A stretch of 64,000 nucleotides of DNA from Ilumatobacteraceae bacterium (lineage in GTDB: Bacteria; Actinomycetota; Acidimicrobiia; Acidimicrobiales; Ilumatobacteraceae): assembly GCA_963772085.1 (NCBI GenBank), contig CAVYWH010000010.1:17257-81256 (forward strand), written 5' to 3'. Within the stretch, counting starts at the first letter, position 1, and every line of letters begins with the position of its first letter. Of the stretch, positions 32,815-42,482 are shown piece by piece. The notes under the pieces were generated by a model, which saw nothing but the letters and a program-made list of their open reading frames with translations, was not told the origin of the DNA and ran no database searches. Made by a program: the position numbers and the translations under genes.

Positions 32815-32902
32815 GTGGGGTCAGGCACCGCGCGCGACCTGCCGTGGAAGTCACCCGTGATGATCGAGCCACCCGGAGCTCGCGCGTAGTGCCTGACCCC
32901 AC
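32815..32902. repeat. 88-bp element bounded by perfect 14-bp inverted repeats GTGGGGTCAGGCAC / GTGCCTGACCCCAC (two inverted GGTGCCTGACCCC cores); MITE-like or long hairpin
   Basis: Read directly. Pairing extends through CGCGCG on both sides. Fills the divergent SDR / FAD-oxidoreductase intergenic region. Confidence 0.7.
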
Positions 32903-32927
32903 GATTACCATCGGGCGCAGTGAGATC

Positions 32928-34367
32928 ATGAACGACCAGCACGACGCCGACGACCTGCCAGACCGCCGCCGAGCGCTCGACGCGATCGCCGATGCCGAAC
33001 CGGTGCCCTACTGGCTCGAGAGCGCCGACATTCCCGAGTCGAACCCGACGCTCGTGCGCGACGAGCACTGCGATCTGTGCATCGTGGGCGGCGGTTACAC
33101 CGGCCTGTGGACCGCGGTGATCGCCAAGGAACGCGACCCGTCCCGCGACGTCGTGCTCATCGACAAGGGTGAGGTCGGCGGTGCCGCCAGCGGGCGCAAC
33201 GGCGGGTTCATGGAGTCGAGCCTCACCCACGGCGTGTTCAACGGGATCCACCGCCACGCGGACGAGATCGACCTCCTCGAAGATCTCGGGTTGCAGAACC
33301 TGAACGACATCGAGCGGGCGATCGAGCGGTACGCCATCCGGTGCGACTACGAGCGCAACGGGGTCATCGACGTCGCCACCACCAGCCATCCGCCGTCGTA
33401 CATCGACGAGTTGCGCGACGAGCACGATCTGCTCCGTTCGCTCGGTCAGAGCGTCACCTGGCTCGAGCAGGACGCGATGCGGTGCGAGGTGAACTCCCCC
33501 ACCTACGTCGGTGGACTGTTCCGCACCAACCGCGCCGCGACCGTCGACCCGGCCAAGCTGGCGTGGGAATTGAAGCGCGTGGCGGAGGAGCTCGGTGTGC
33601 GGATCTACGAGCACTCGAAGGCGACGGCGATCGACAAGGACGGCGCGGGGATGCTCGTGACCACGCCGCTCGGCAACGTCCGGTGCGCCAAGGTCGTGCT
33701 CGGCACGAACGCCGACCGGCCGTTGCTCAAGCGGCTGCGCCAGTACATGATCCCCGTCTACGACTACTGCCTCGTCACCGAGCCGCTCACCCAGGCACAG
33801 CTGGCCAGTGTCGGCTGGGCGAACCGTCAGGGTCTGTCGGACATCACCAACCAGTTCCACTACTACCGGCTCACGCCGGACAACCGGATCCTGTGGGGTG
33901 GCTACGACGCCATCTACTACTGGGGCTCCAAGGTGTCGGCGGACCTGGAGAGCCGACCGGAGACGTGGGCGAAGTTGTCGTCGCACTTCTTCCAGACGTT
34001 CCCGCAACTCGAGGACGTCAACTTCTCCCACGTCTGGGGCGGTGCCATCGACACGAGCACCCGCTTCTCGGTGTTCTTCGGGACGGCGATGTCCGATCGC
34101 GTCGCGTATGCGCTCGGCTACACCGGCCTCGGCGTCGCCGCGACGCGGTTCGCCGGCGCCGTGATGCTCGACCTGCTGAGCGGCCGGCGCTCGATCGCCA
34201 CGCAGACCGACTTCGTCAAGAACAAGCCGCTGCCGTTCCCGCCGGAGCCGTTCCGGTTCGCCGGGATCCAGGCGACACGGTGGTCGATGGACCGCGAGGA
34301 CAAGACCGGCAAGCGCAATGCCTGGCTGCGCTCGCTCGACCGGCTCGGCCTCGGTTTCGACTCCTAG
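32928..34367 (+). CDS. FAD-dependent oxidoreductase (DAO family, gamma-glutamylputrescine-oxidase-like)
   Basis: DLCIVGGGYTGLWTA dinucleotide-binding motif, ASGRNGG. Intact from ATG 32928. Confidence 0.8.
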   Translation: MNDQHDADDLPDRRRALDAIADAEPVPYWLESADIPESNPTLVRDEHCDLCIVGGGYTGLWTAVIAKERDPSRDVVLIDKGEVGGAASGRNGGFMESSLTHGVFNGIHRHADEIDLLEDLGLQNLNDIERAIERYAIRCDYERNGVIDVATTSHPPSYIDELRDEHDLLRSLGQSVTWLEQDAMRCEVNSPTYVGGLFRTNRAATVDPAKLAWELKRVAEELGVRIYEHSKATAIDKDGAGMLVTTPLGNVRCAKVVLGTNADRPLLKRLRQYMIPVYDYCLVTEPLTQAQLASVGWANRQGLSDITNQFHYYRLTPDNRILWGGYDAIYYWGSKVSADLESRPETWAKLSSHFFQTFPQLEDVNFSHVWGGAIDTSTRFSVFFGTAMSDRVAYALGYTGLGVAATRFAGAVMLDLLSGRRSIATQTDFVKNKPLPFPPEPFRFAGIQATRWSMDREDKTGKRNAWLRSLDRLGLGFDS

Positions 34368-34369
34368 CG

Positions 34370-34403
34370 ACCCTGCCTTTCGGACGGGTCCGGAAGGCAG
34401 GGT
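34370..34403. terminator. Hairpin ACCCTGCCTTTCGG-acgggt-CCGGAAGGCAGGGT between convergent genes
   Basis: 14-bp stem with one mismatch. Lies between TAG 34365-34367 and the glgX stop at 34409. Confidence 0.6.
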
Positions 34404-34408
34404 GGTCA

Positions 34409-36256
34409 TCACACGGTGACGAGGACGACGATGCTGCGCGGACCGACTCGGACGGTCCTCGCCCACTCGACCGGCAGGTCGGTGTGCGGTGCCTGACCCC
34501 GCACATCGACGTCGCCGATGAAGCCCTCCGGATGCGCGGTGTCGATGACCGTGCGCCAGTCGCCGGGCGCCTGGATCTCGAAGTCGAGCGGCTCCCACCA
34601 CATGTTCGCCATCACGTACAGCCCCGGCTCGTTCACACCAGCGAGATGGAACGCGATCGAACGCGACTCGTACGAGGTGTCCGGTGCGCCGTCGACGCCG
34701 AACCACTCGACCCGGTCGCCCCACCAGTCGTCGGGGTCGGACAACACGGCGTGCTCGCGCCGGAACGCGACGAGGCGCTCGACGAACCGTTCGTGTTCGG
34801 TGAACTCGGCCTGTCGCTCCCAGTCGATCCACGACGTCTCGTTGTCCTGGTTGTACGGGTTGTTGTTGCCGTGCTGGGTCCGGGCGAACTCGTCGCCGGC
34901 CACGAACATCGGCACCCCGTGACTCAGCAGCAGCAGACACATGGCGTTGCGGAGTTGGCGACGGCGCACGGCCATGACCGCGTCGGGAACCCCGTCGTCA
35001 CCTTCCCACCCGCAGTTCCACGACCGATTGTTGCCGCTGCCGTCGTTGTTGTCCCACCCGTTGGCCGCCGTTGTGCTTGCGCTCGTAGGCGACGAGGTCG
35101 TACATCGTGTACCCGTCGTGGGCGTCGAGGAAGTTGACCGACCGCAGCGGGTGATCGAACAGGTCGGGGCTGCCCTCCAGCCGGCAGCATCACGGAGGTG
35201 ACCAGTCCCGGCTCACCCCGCAGGAAGCCGCGCATGTCGTCCCGGAAACGGTCGTTCCACTGCATCCAGCGATCGTCGGGGAACGCCCGCCCGACGAGGT
35301 ACCGGGCGATGTCCCACGGTTCGGCGACGAGCCGGACGCCGCGACGCTGCGCCCAGTCGCCGATCTCGCGGACGAACGCCGGGTCCCGGGCGAGGACGCT
35401 GGCCAGGTCGAACCGGAAGCCGTCGACGCCCAGGTCGGCGAAGCGGTCGAGCGCTTCCATCACCAGTTCCTGCGCCGGCGGTGACGATGCATCGAGGATG
35501 TTGCCGGTCCCGGCGTCGTCCACGTAGGTGCCGTCGTCGTTGACGACGTAGTAGTCGCGATCGGCGAGGGCCCGGAGGTTGTACGTCGGGCCGAGCTCGT
35601 CCTCCTCGGTCGTGTGGTTGAACACGACGTCGAGCCACACCTCGATGTCGTGCCCGTGCGCGGCGGTCACGAGGTCGGCGAGCTCGGTGGCCGCGTCGCC
35701 GCCGGCGGCGTACTGGCGGTGGACCGCACCGAACACGAGCGCCATGTAGCCCCAGTAGTTCGCCTCGCCGGGGTCGAACTGGTGCACCGGCAGGAGCTCG
35801 ATCACGCTGATGCCGAGGGCGGCGAGACGCGGCAGCTCGTCGACCGCAGCGGCGAACGTTCCGCCGTCATGCGCGTTGGCGCCGCTTCGTCAGCCCGCGC
35901 ACGTGCGCCTCGTACACCACCAGCGGACGCGACGTGTGGTGCTGCGGGCGCGGCGCCGGCCACGGCGAGGCGACGGCCAGCACCGTGGGGGCGCCGTCCG
36001 CGGGGTACCGGCCGGGCCGGAGATCGTCGCGTCGGTGCCCGTCGGCGAACCACACCTCGGTGGCGTGCGGGTCGACCAGCACACGGCGCTCGTCGAACCG
36101 AGCCTCGGCCGGCCCGCTGGCGCGGATGCCGTAGCGCGTTCCCTCGGCGACACTGCCCCGCCACTCCGATCCCGTGCGGGTCAGCGGGCGGTCGACGCCG
36201 TCGATCACCATCCACACCTGTTCGGCGTCGGGGGCGTGGATCCGGATCTCCGTCAC
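34409..36256 (-). pseudogene. glgX: Glycogen debranching enzyme GlgX (GH13); at least 4 frame changes
   Basis: N-terminal CBM48-like part in ORF 35867..36256. Catalytic part IELLPVHQFD...WLDVVFNHT...GVDGFRFDLASVL...VAEPWD in ORF 34924..35805. C-terminus LLLSHGVPMFVAGDEFARTQHGNNNPYNQDNETSWIDW in ORF 34409..34975. Confidence 0.85.
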
Positions 36257-36290
36257 CTGGCCATCATGGTCGGCCCGGCGTGGTCGTGCT

Positions 36291-36333
36291 CACCTGCAAC
36301 GCGGTGCCTGACCCCAGGCGTTTCAGGTTGGTG
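36291..36333. repeat. Imperfect hairpin CACCTGCAACGC-GGTGCCTGACCCC-aGGCGTTTCAGGTTGGTG (same family as 21832)
   Basis: Shares the left arm and the 13-nt core with 21832-21872. Ends 14 nt before ATG 36347. Confidence 0.65.
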
Positions 36334-36346
36334 CAAGGATTGGGGC

Positions 36347-37569
36347 ATGGGGTACAACTCGACGGGGCTGGTCGTGCACGATGCCGACGCCCACATCATG
36401 GAGACGCCGAACTGGTTGCGCGATCACGCCGACCCGTCGCTGCGCGACCGGCTCGCACCGCTGCGGTATCCGGGAGGCAACGAGCTCCGCCAGACCGGCG
36501 ACCTCCAACAGGCCGACGACTCTCGACCATGACCTGGACGCGGCGTTCGATCGGTTGGTGGCGCGGCTGCACTCGGACGAGCAGCTGGCGACCGAAGCCG
36601 ACGAGATCATGCTGCGCAAGAACTTCGCCGCCACCGGAGCGTTCGTCGCCGACGATCGGCCGCGCGCCCTCGACCTGCTCGGCTTCGCCAGCCAGCTCGT
36701 GTTCAACACGTTCCACAACCGGCGCCTGCGCGACTGGGAGCACTCCGGCGACGTCGAGCTGGCGTTCGGCGCGGCCCGCGCCCACAACCGCGGGATGGCC
36801 GAGTTCTGCTCGGTCGACGACCGCCTGCTGTCGACGCTCTACGTGCCGCTGTGCGACATCGAGCGGGCGCCCGCCATGGCCGCCGAGGCGCTGGACATGG
36901 GCGCCGCCGCCCTGCTGATGGCCTCGGGCTGCCCGCCCGGTCACTCGCCGAGCCACCGTGGGCTCGACGGCGTGTGGGCCGCCGCGTCGGAGGCGGGCGT
37001 GCCGATCGTGTTCCACGTCGGCGGCACCGGCGACCTGATCGACCCGAGCTACTTCGCCAACGGCCTGCCGATCCCGCCCGACTTCCACGGCGGCGAGGAG
37101 AACTTCCGCTCCGTCGACTACATGGGCATCCCCGCCCCGCCGGCCCAGACCCTGGCCACGATGATCTTCGACGGCGTGCTCGAACGGTTCCCGACGTTGC
37201 GGATCGGCGTCATCGAACAAGGGGCGATCTGGCTGCCGTCGTGGATGCGCCAGATGGAGTCGGCGTTCGACGCGTTCGGCCGCCACGAGGAGCGCCTCCA
37301 GACAGCTCTCGATGCGCCCGAGCGAGTACGTCCGGCGCCAGATCCGGGCGACGCCGTACCCGACCGAGGACGTCGGGTGGATCATCGAGCAGGCCGGCCC
37401 CGAGGTCTGCCTCTTCTCGTCCGACTACCCCCACGTCGAGGGCGGGCGCCGGCCGATCGAACGTTTCGAGGCATCGCTCGCCGAGACCGACATGAGCGCC
37501 CGCCACGCGTTCTACCACGACAACTTCGTCGACCTGATGGGCAGCGCCCTGGATATCGTCGCCGCATGA
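36347..37569 (+). pseudogene. Amidohydrolase-2 family metal-dependent hydrolase; two frame changes (near 36525 and 37310)
   Basis: MGYNSTGLVVHDADAHIMETPNWL..., then ...ALDLLGFASQLVFNTFHN...VPIVFHVGGTG...IGVIEQGAIWLPSW (ORF 36381.. frame), then EYVRRQIRATPYPTEDVGWIIEQAGPEVCLFSSDYPHVEGG (ORF 37312..37569). Confidence 0.75.
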
Positions 37570-38490
37570 GTCTTGCCGTCGCGACACCGGCCGACGTCGC
37601 GACAGCGCTCGCCGGCCAGGGGTACCTGCCCGACGAGGGCATCGCCACCGCGGTGTTCCTCTCGATCTCGCTCCAGCGGCCGCTGCTCCTCGAGGGCGAG
37701 GCCGGCGTCGGCAAGACCGAACTCGCCAAGGCGCTCGCGACGATGACCGGCGGCGAACTGATCCGCCTGCAGTGCTACGAGGGCATCGACGTCTCCCAGG
37801 CCGTCTACGACTGGGACTACGCCCGCCAGCTGCTCCACCTGCGAGCCGCCGAGGCGACCGGCGAGACCGCCTCACGGTCGGCTGACGACCTCGAGGCCGA
37901 GCTCTACGGCGAACGCTTCCTGATCAAGCGGGCGCTCCTCCGGGCGATCGAGCCGGTCGAGGGGCCACCTCCGGTGCTGCTGATCGACGAGATCGACCGC
38001 GCCGACGACGAGTTCGAGGCCTACCTGCTCGAGGTCCTCTCGGACTTCCAGATCACCGTCCCCGAGATCGGCCTCTACCGGGCGAGCTCGGCCGCCGCTC
38101 GTCGTGCTCACCTCGAACCGCACCCGCGACGTCCACGACGCCCTGAAACGCCGGTGCCTCTACCACTGGGTCGAGCATCCCGACTTCGAGCGCGAGGTGG
38201 CGATCGTCAAGCTGCGCGTGCCCGACGTCGACGACGCCTTGGCCCGCCAGGTCGCCGGGGCCGTCGAAGCGCTCCGCGAGCTGAACCTGTACAAGCCGCC
38301 CGGCGTCGCCGAGACGATCGACTGGGCGATGGCGCTCGGGCGGCTCGGCGCGACCCAACTCGACGAGGCGATGGTGGCCAACACGCTCGGTGCGGTCATC
38401 AAGTACCGCGAGGACGGCCAACGGGTCGAGCAGCACGGCATCGCCGACGTCGTCAAACAGGCATTCGAGAAGGGCCTGCACCACGGGTGA
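37566..38490 (+). pseudogene. coxD: MoxR-type AAA+ ATPase (CoxD-like); one frame change near 38095
   Basis: ATG overlaps the amidohydrolase stop (ATGA). Walker A LLLEGEAGVGKTELA, Walker B VLLIDEIDRADDEFEAYLLEVL. C-terminal part TSNRTRDVHDALKRRCLYHWVEHPD in ORF 38104..38490. Confidence 0.85.
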
Positions 38491-39644
38491 TCGCGCACGC
38501 CGTCGGGCAGGCGCCGCCGCCGGGTTCTCCGGCCGATCCGTCGGAGATCGCCGTCGCCTACAGCCAGATCCTGCGCGGCGCCGGGCTCCGTGTGCCGGCC
38601 AGCTCGACGCACGCCTTCGCCGAAGCGCTGTGCGCGGTCGGGCTCGACACCCGCGATGGCGTCTACTGGGCCGGGCGCGCCACGTTGGTCCGACGCCCTG
38701 AGGACATCGAGCCGTTCGACCGAGCGTTCGCCGTGTTCTTCGAGGGCCGCACCGGTGTGGCACCGGCACCGGACGAGCCGCCCGTCCACGTCACGATCGC
38801 GGTGGACACCGACGACGACTCGAACGACGACGGGTCCGATGGGAACGATCCCCACGACGAGGACACGATCGAGCTCCGCTTCTCCGCCGCCGAGGTCCTG
38901 CGGCACAAGGACTTCGCCGCCTATTCCGACGACGAGCTGCATCTGGCGCAGTCGCTGATGTCCCAGCTCCGCCTCGTCGGGTCGCCGCGTGCGTCGCTGC
39001 GGCTGCAGGCAACGTCACGGGCGACGCGCCGGCCCGACATCCGCCAGACCGTGCGGGCCTCGATGCGGGCCGGTGGCGAACCCGTCCGCCGGCATTTCCG
39101 TGAGCCCTCGACCAGGCTGCGACGCCTCGTCCTCGTGCTCGACGTCAGCGGCTCGATGGAGCCCTATGCCAGAGCGCTGCTGCGGTTCGTCCACGCCGCG
39201 GTCGCCGGCCGGCAGAAGGTGGAGGCGTTCGCGCTCGGCACGCGCCTCACCCGGTTGACCCGCGAGCTGACCAGTCGCGATCCCGACGTGGCCCTGCGGG
39301 CCGCCGGCGCCAGGGTCACCGACTGGAGCGGGGGGACCCGGCTCGGCGTCGGCCTCCGCACGTTCAACGACGACTGGGGCGTGCGCGGCCTGGCCCGCAA
39401 CTCGATCGTCGTCATCATGTCCGACGGATGGGATCGCGGTGACCCCGACATCCTCGCGGAACAGATGCAGCGGCTCCAGCGCGTCACGCATCGACTCATC
39501 TGGGTCAACCCGCTGAAGGTCACACCCGGGTACGCACCGCTCGCCCGGGGAATGGCGGCCGCCCTCCCGTATGTTGACCGGTTCGTGGAAGGCCACTCGG
39601 TCGCCGCGATGGAAGAGCTCGCCCGGGTGATCTCCGAGCCGTGA
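38487..39644 (+). CDS. coxE: VWA-domain protein (CoxE-like)
   Basis: GTG overlaps the moxR stop. MIDAS motif LVLVLDVSGSM, ...IVVIMSDGWDRGDP. Intact. Confidence 0.85.
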   Translation: MIAHAVGQAPPPGSPADPSEIAVAYSQILRGAGLRVPASSTHAFAEALCAVGLDTRDGVYWAGRATLVRRPEDIEPFDRAFAVFFEGRTGVAPAPDEPPVHVTIAVDTDDDSNDDGSDGNDPHDEDTIELRFSAAEVLRHKDFAAYSDDELHLAQSLMSQLRLVGSPRASLRLQATSRATRRPDIRQTVRASMRAGGEPVRRHFREPSTRLRRLVLVLDVSGSMEPYARALLRFVHAAVAGRQKVEAFALGTRLTRLTRELTSRDPDVALRAAGARVTDWSGGTRLGVGLRTFNDDWGVRGLARNSIVVIMSDGWDRGDPDILAEQMQRLQRVTHRLIWVNPLKVTPGYAPLARGMAAALPYVDRFVEGHSVAAMEELARVISEP

Positions 39645-39710
39645 CACCACCGCCGACACCACAGTCAGGACCGGCCACTGCGTGTCGGGAACGAAAGGAA
39701 ACCAAAGCGT

Positions 39711-40028
39711 ATGCGTGAACTGCTCGACGACATCGATCGCTGGCACCAGGCCGGCCAACGGGTTGCGGTCGCCCGCGTCGTCGACGTCGAGGGTTCCGGC
39801 CCACGTCTGCCCGGCGCGGCGATGGCGGTGACCGAGTCCGGTGAGGTTGCGGGCAGCGTGAGCGGCGGCTGCGTCGAAGGTGCCGTGGTCGGCGAAGCCC
39901 TGGCCGTGCTCGCCGGCGAGCGCGCCCCGGGCGTGGTGACGTTCGGCTACTCCGACGACGAGGCGTTCGCGGTCGGTCTCACGTGCGGCGGCACGATCCA
40001 CCTCTACATCGAGGAACTCGACTGGTGA
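39711..40028 (+). CDS. XdhC/CoxI-family protein, N-terminal-domain-only paralogue
   Basis: Intact 105-aa ORF: ARVVDVEGSGPRLPGAAMAVTESGEVAGSVSGGCVEGAV...GLTCGGTIHLYIE. Confidence 0.75.
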   Translation: MRELLDDIDRWHQAGQRVAVARVVDVEGSGPRLPGAAMAVTESGEVAGSVSGGCVEGAVVGEALAVLAGERAPGVVTFGYSDDEAFAVGLTCGGTIHLYIEELDW

Positions 40029-40831
40029 CCGGGACGTTCCAGCGTTTCTCCGACGCGCTGCGCGCCGACCGCCCCGTCGCCCTGGCCACCGTGATCGACG
40101 GCCCGAACGTCGGTGCCAAGATCCTCGTCGAGCCCGACGCGGCGCCCATCGGATCGCTCGGCCATCCCGAACTCGACCGCGTCGTGAGCCGTGATGCCCT
40201 CGCCGAGCTCGAAGCGGCCGCGTCGGGGATCCGCCACTACGGCCCCCAGGGGCAGACGACGCCGGAGGACCTGCTCGACCAGCCGACCGTCCGCGTGTTC
40301 ATCGAATCGCACGCCCCGCCACCGCAGATGTGGATCTTCGGCGCCGTCGACTTCACCGCCGCGCTGGCACGCGTCGCCAAGGTGCTCGGCTACCGCGTCA
40401 CGGTGTGCGACGCCCGCGAGGTGTTCGCCACCCGACGCCGTTTCCCGATGGCCGACGAGGTGCTGGTCACGTGGCCGGCGCCGGTGTTCGACGAACGCGG
40501 CGGTTCGCTCGGCCCTCGCGACGCGGTGTGCGTGCTGACGCACGACGCCAAGTTCGACGTGCCGGCACTGCTCGGTGCGCTGGCCACGCGGGTCGGCTAC
40601 ATCGGCGTGATGGGCAGCCGCACCACCCACGACAAGCGGATGCAGCGTCTCGCCGAAGCCGGCGTGACCGCCCCGGATCAGCTCGAACGGCTCCATTCGC
40701 CGATCGGTCTCGACATCGGGGCCCGCACGCCGGAGGAGACGGCGGTGTCGATCTGTGCGGAGATCATCGCCCAACGAACCGGTCGTCGGGTCCCGTCACT
40801 TCGCGACAGCACCGGCGCCATCCACTCCTGA
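40025..40831 (+). CDS. XdhC-family molybdenum cofactor insertion chaperone
   Basis: GTG overlaps the preceding stop. Rossmann-like QMWIFGAVDFTAALARVAKVLGYRVTVCDAR and YIGVMGSRTTHDKR. Intact. Confidence 0.8.
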   Translation: MTGTFQRFSDALRADRPVALATVIDGPNVGAKILVEPDAAPIGSLGHPELDRVVSRDALAELEAAASGIRHYGPQGQTTPEDLLDQPTVRVFIESHAPPPQMWIFGAVDFTAALARVAKVLGYRVTVCDAREVFATRRRFPMADEVLVTWPAPVFDERGGSLGPRDAVCVLTHDAKFDVPALLGALATRVGYIGVMGSRTTHDKRMQRLAEAGVTAPDQLERLHSPIGLDIGARTPEETAVSICAEIIAQRTGRRVPSLRDSTGAIHS

Positions 40832-40884
40832 ACGACCCGCCCAAGACGGACGTCGGAGCACGGCGGTCGGAGCGGGCAGCGGCG

Positions 40885-41613
40885 TCAGGGTGCGGGGTCG
40901 CCGAAGCGGACCGAGTTGGTGCGACGACCGGAGATCGTGTCGATCTCGACCGTGCGCCCGGTCTGCACCGAGTGGATGATCGCATCGCCCACGCCGAGGT
41001 ACAGCATGACGTGGCCCGGGTAGTAGACGAGGTCACCGGCCTTGGCGGTGAGTCGATCGAGCGGTGCAGCATCGTGGATCTGCGTGCCGCTCTGGCGGAA
41101 CAGTGCCACGCCGGCCCTGGCCCAGGCGTAGGTCGTGAGACCGGAACAATCGAACCCGACACCTTCCTGGCTGGTGTTGGTGCGGTAGGGAACGCCCACC
41201 TGGGTCATCGCCGCGAGCACGGCTCGCTGATGATCGAGCGGTGTGGAACTCCAGGCCCGGATCATGTCGACCTCGCCGTATCCCAGCTGCTGGGCGGCGA
41301 GTCGAGCGGTCTCCGTGCGGACTTCCTTGTACTCCTGGAAATCGACGGGATCACCGGTGACGGCGAACTCGTCGAGCGAGGCGATGGCCGAGTTGGCCAT
41401 CATGACGACCTGGGGAGCGAGCGCATTCGTCGGCAGCGCCTCGGCGCCGGCGGTTCCCCCGAGCGCGAGCAGGCCGGTGGTGGCGGCCAGTGCTGCCGCG
41501 ATCGAGCAGATGACCCCCCGTCGCCAACCGGATCGTGGCCCGGTCCGCGGTTCCGAGGATTCGGAACCCGTCGCGTCGCCCGCAGGAGTATGAGTACAAG
41601 AGGTGTTGAGCAT
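40885..41613 (-). CDS. Secreted NlpC/P60-family peptidoglycan endopeptidase
   Basis: C-terminal catalytic domain GVPYRTNTSQEGVGFDCSGLTTYAW...GDLVYYPGHVMLYLG...IHS. Signal peptide with RR (RSGWRRGVICSIAAALAATTGLLALGGTAGAEA). ORF 40885..41727 is trimmed to Met 41613 because 41614-41727 is conspicuously GC-poor. Confidence 0.75.
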   Translation of the reverse strand: MLNTSCTHTPAGDATGSESSEPRTGPRSGWRRGVICSIAAALAATTGLLALGGTAGAEALPTNALAPQVVMMANSAIASLDEFAVTGDPVDFQEYKEVRTETARLAAQQLGYGEVDMIRAWSSTPLDHQRAVLAAMTQVGVPYRTNTSQEGVGFDCSGLTTYAWARAGVALFRQSGTQIHDAAPLDRLTAKAGDLVYYPGHVMLYLGVGDAIIHSVQTGRTVEIDTISGRRTNSVRFGDPAP

Positions 41614-41849
41614 GGTGAAGGGGTGTGTCGAGCTGTTCGGACTTCGATGTTTGGGATCAGGGAATTCGGTGAACGCTCGACGCCACGACGAACCCGCCGT
41701 CATGACGAATCGGTAACTTATCGTCACACAACTGAAATATCTGAAGCCGAACGGTCAACTTTTCGTCACCATGCCGTCACCTCGTCGACATGTCGCCGTC
41801 CACGCGTGACGTGGCGCGGGTCACACTCGGGCCCCGCTGCGGCAGACTG

Positions 41850-42482
41850 ATGCGCATGTCCGTTTCCGCCCAGACCGTTGTGGCAGTGGTGCTGGCGGGC
41901 GGTGCCGGAACGCGTTTCCGACGGGCGACCGCGAGCAAGGGGCCGTCCACAAGCTCGATGCCGTGCTCCGGGCGACGGCAACCGAGCCGGAAGAAACTGT
42001 CGCAGAACGTGCCGTGCGCCACGCCGCGGACGCCCACATCGGGCTCGTCGTGGTCGTCATCGGCGGCTGGGCGCCCGACCCCGAGTCGGCCGCGTTCGAC
42101 GGTCCGGATCGCCGCGTGGTCGTGCAACGATCGGTGGCACGACGGTCAGATCACCTCCGTCCGGGCCGGGATCGCGGCAGCCGAGCGCCTCGGTGCCGGC
42201 CGGGTGGTCATCGGTCTCGCCGACCAGCCGTTCGTCACCCCCGACGCGTGGAGAACGGTCGCCGAGGGGCCGGGGCCGATCTGCGTAGCCACCTACGGGG
42301 GCCGTCGCGGCAACCCCGTCGCCCTCGACCGTTCGGTGTGGACGCTGCTGCCCGACACCGGCGACGAAGGCGCCCGCGCGCTGATGCGCATTCGACCCGA
42401 TCTGGTGCGTGAAGTAGCGTGCTCTGGCTCACCCGCCGACATCGACACCGTAGAGGACCTCCACCGATGGCAGAACAACTGA
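41850..42482 (+). pseudogene. mocA: MobA/MocA-like nucleotidyltransferase (molybdenum cofactor cytidylyltransferase type); ~3 frame changes
   Basis: VVAVVLAGGAGTRF at the N-terminus and ...SVRAGIAAAERLGAGRVVIGLADQPFVTPDAWRTV...YGGRRGNPVALD at the C-terminus (ORF 41790..42482). The middle section AERAVRHAADAHIGLVVVVIGGWA is in ORF 41963... Confidence 0.7.

Noticed and set aside
29750-32929. Very long ORFs antisense to annotated genes (for example 29750..32929 minus, 1059 aa; also 9316..11097, 12314..13981, 19458..21323, 33341..35137, 62058..63731 and others).
   Set aside because: Their translations are Arg/Gly/Ala/Pro-rich low-complexity strings with no motifs. They lie opposite genes with clear family signatures. 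In DNA this GC-rich, stop codons are rare in all frames, so such shadow ORFs are expected.
34370-34403. GGUCCGGAAGG within the hairpin resembles the conserved SRP (4.5S) RNA domain IV sequence.
   Set aside because: Only an 11-nt similarity. The element is a simple 34-nt hairpin between convergent genes and lacks the rest of the SRP RNA helix and its symmetric and asymmetric loops.
41560-41860. ydaO-type cyclic-di-AMP riboswitch upstream of NlpC/P60.
   Set aside because: The context fits, but I could not locate the conserved GGGGACCCA, GGGGUGAAUC and CCCGAACCCG.CAGCUAAC blocks in the correct order on the minus strand. Only short fragments match, some of them on the wrong strand. It is kept only as a generic candidate-leader finding.
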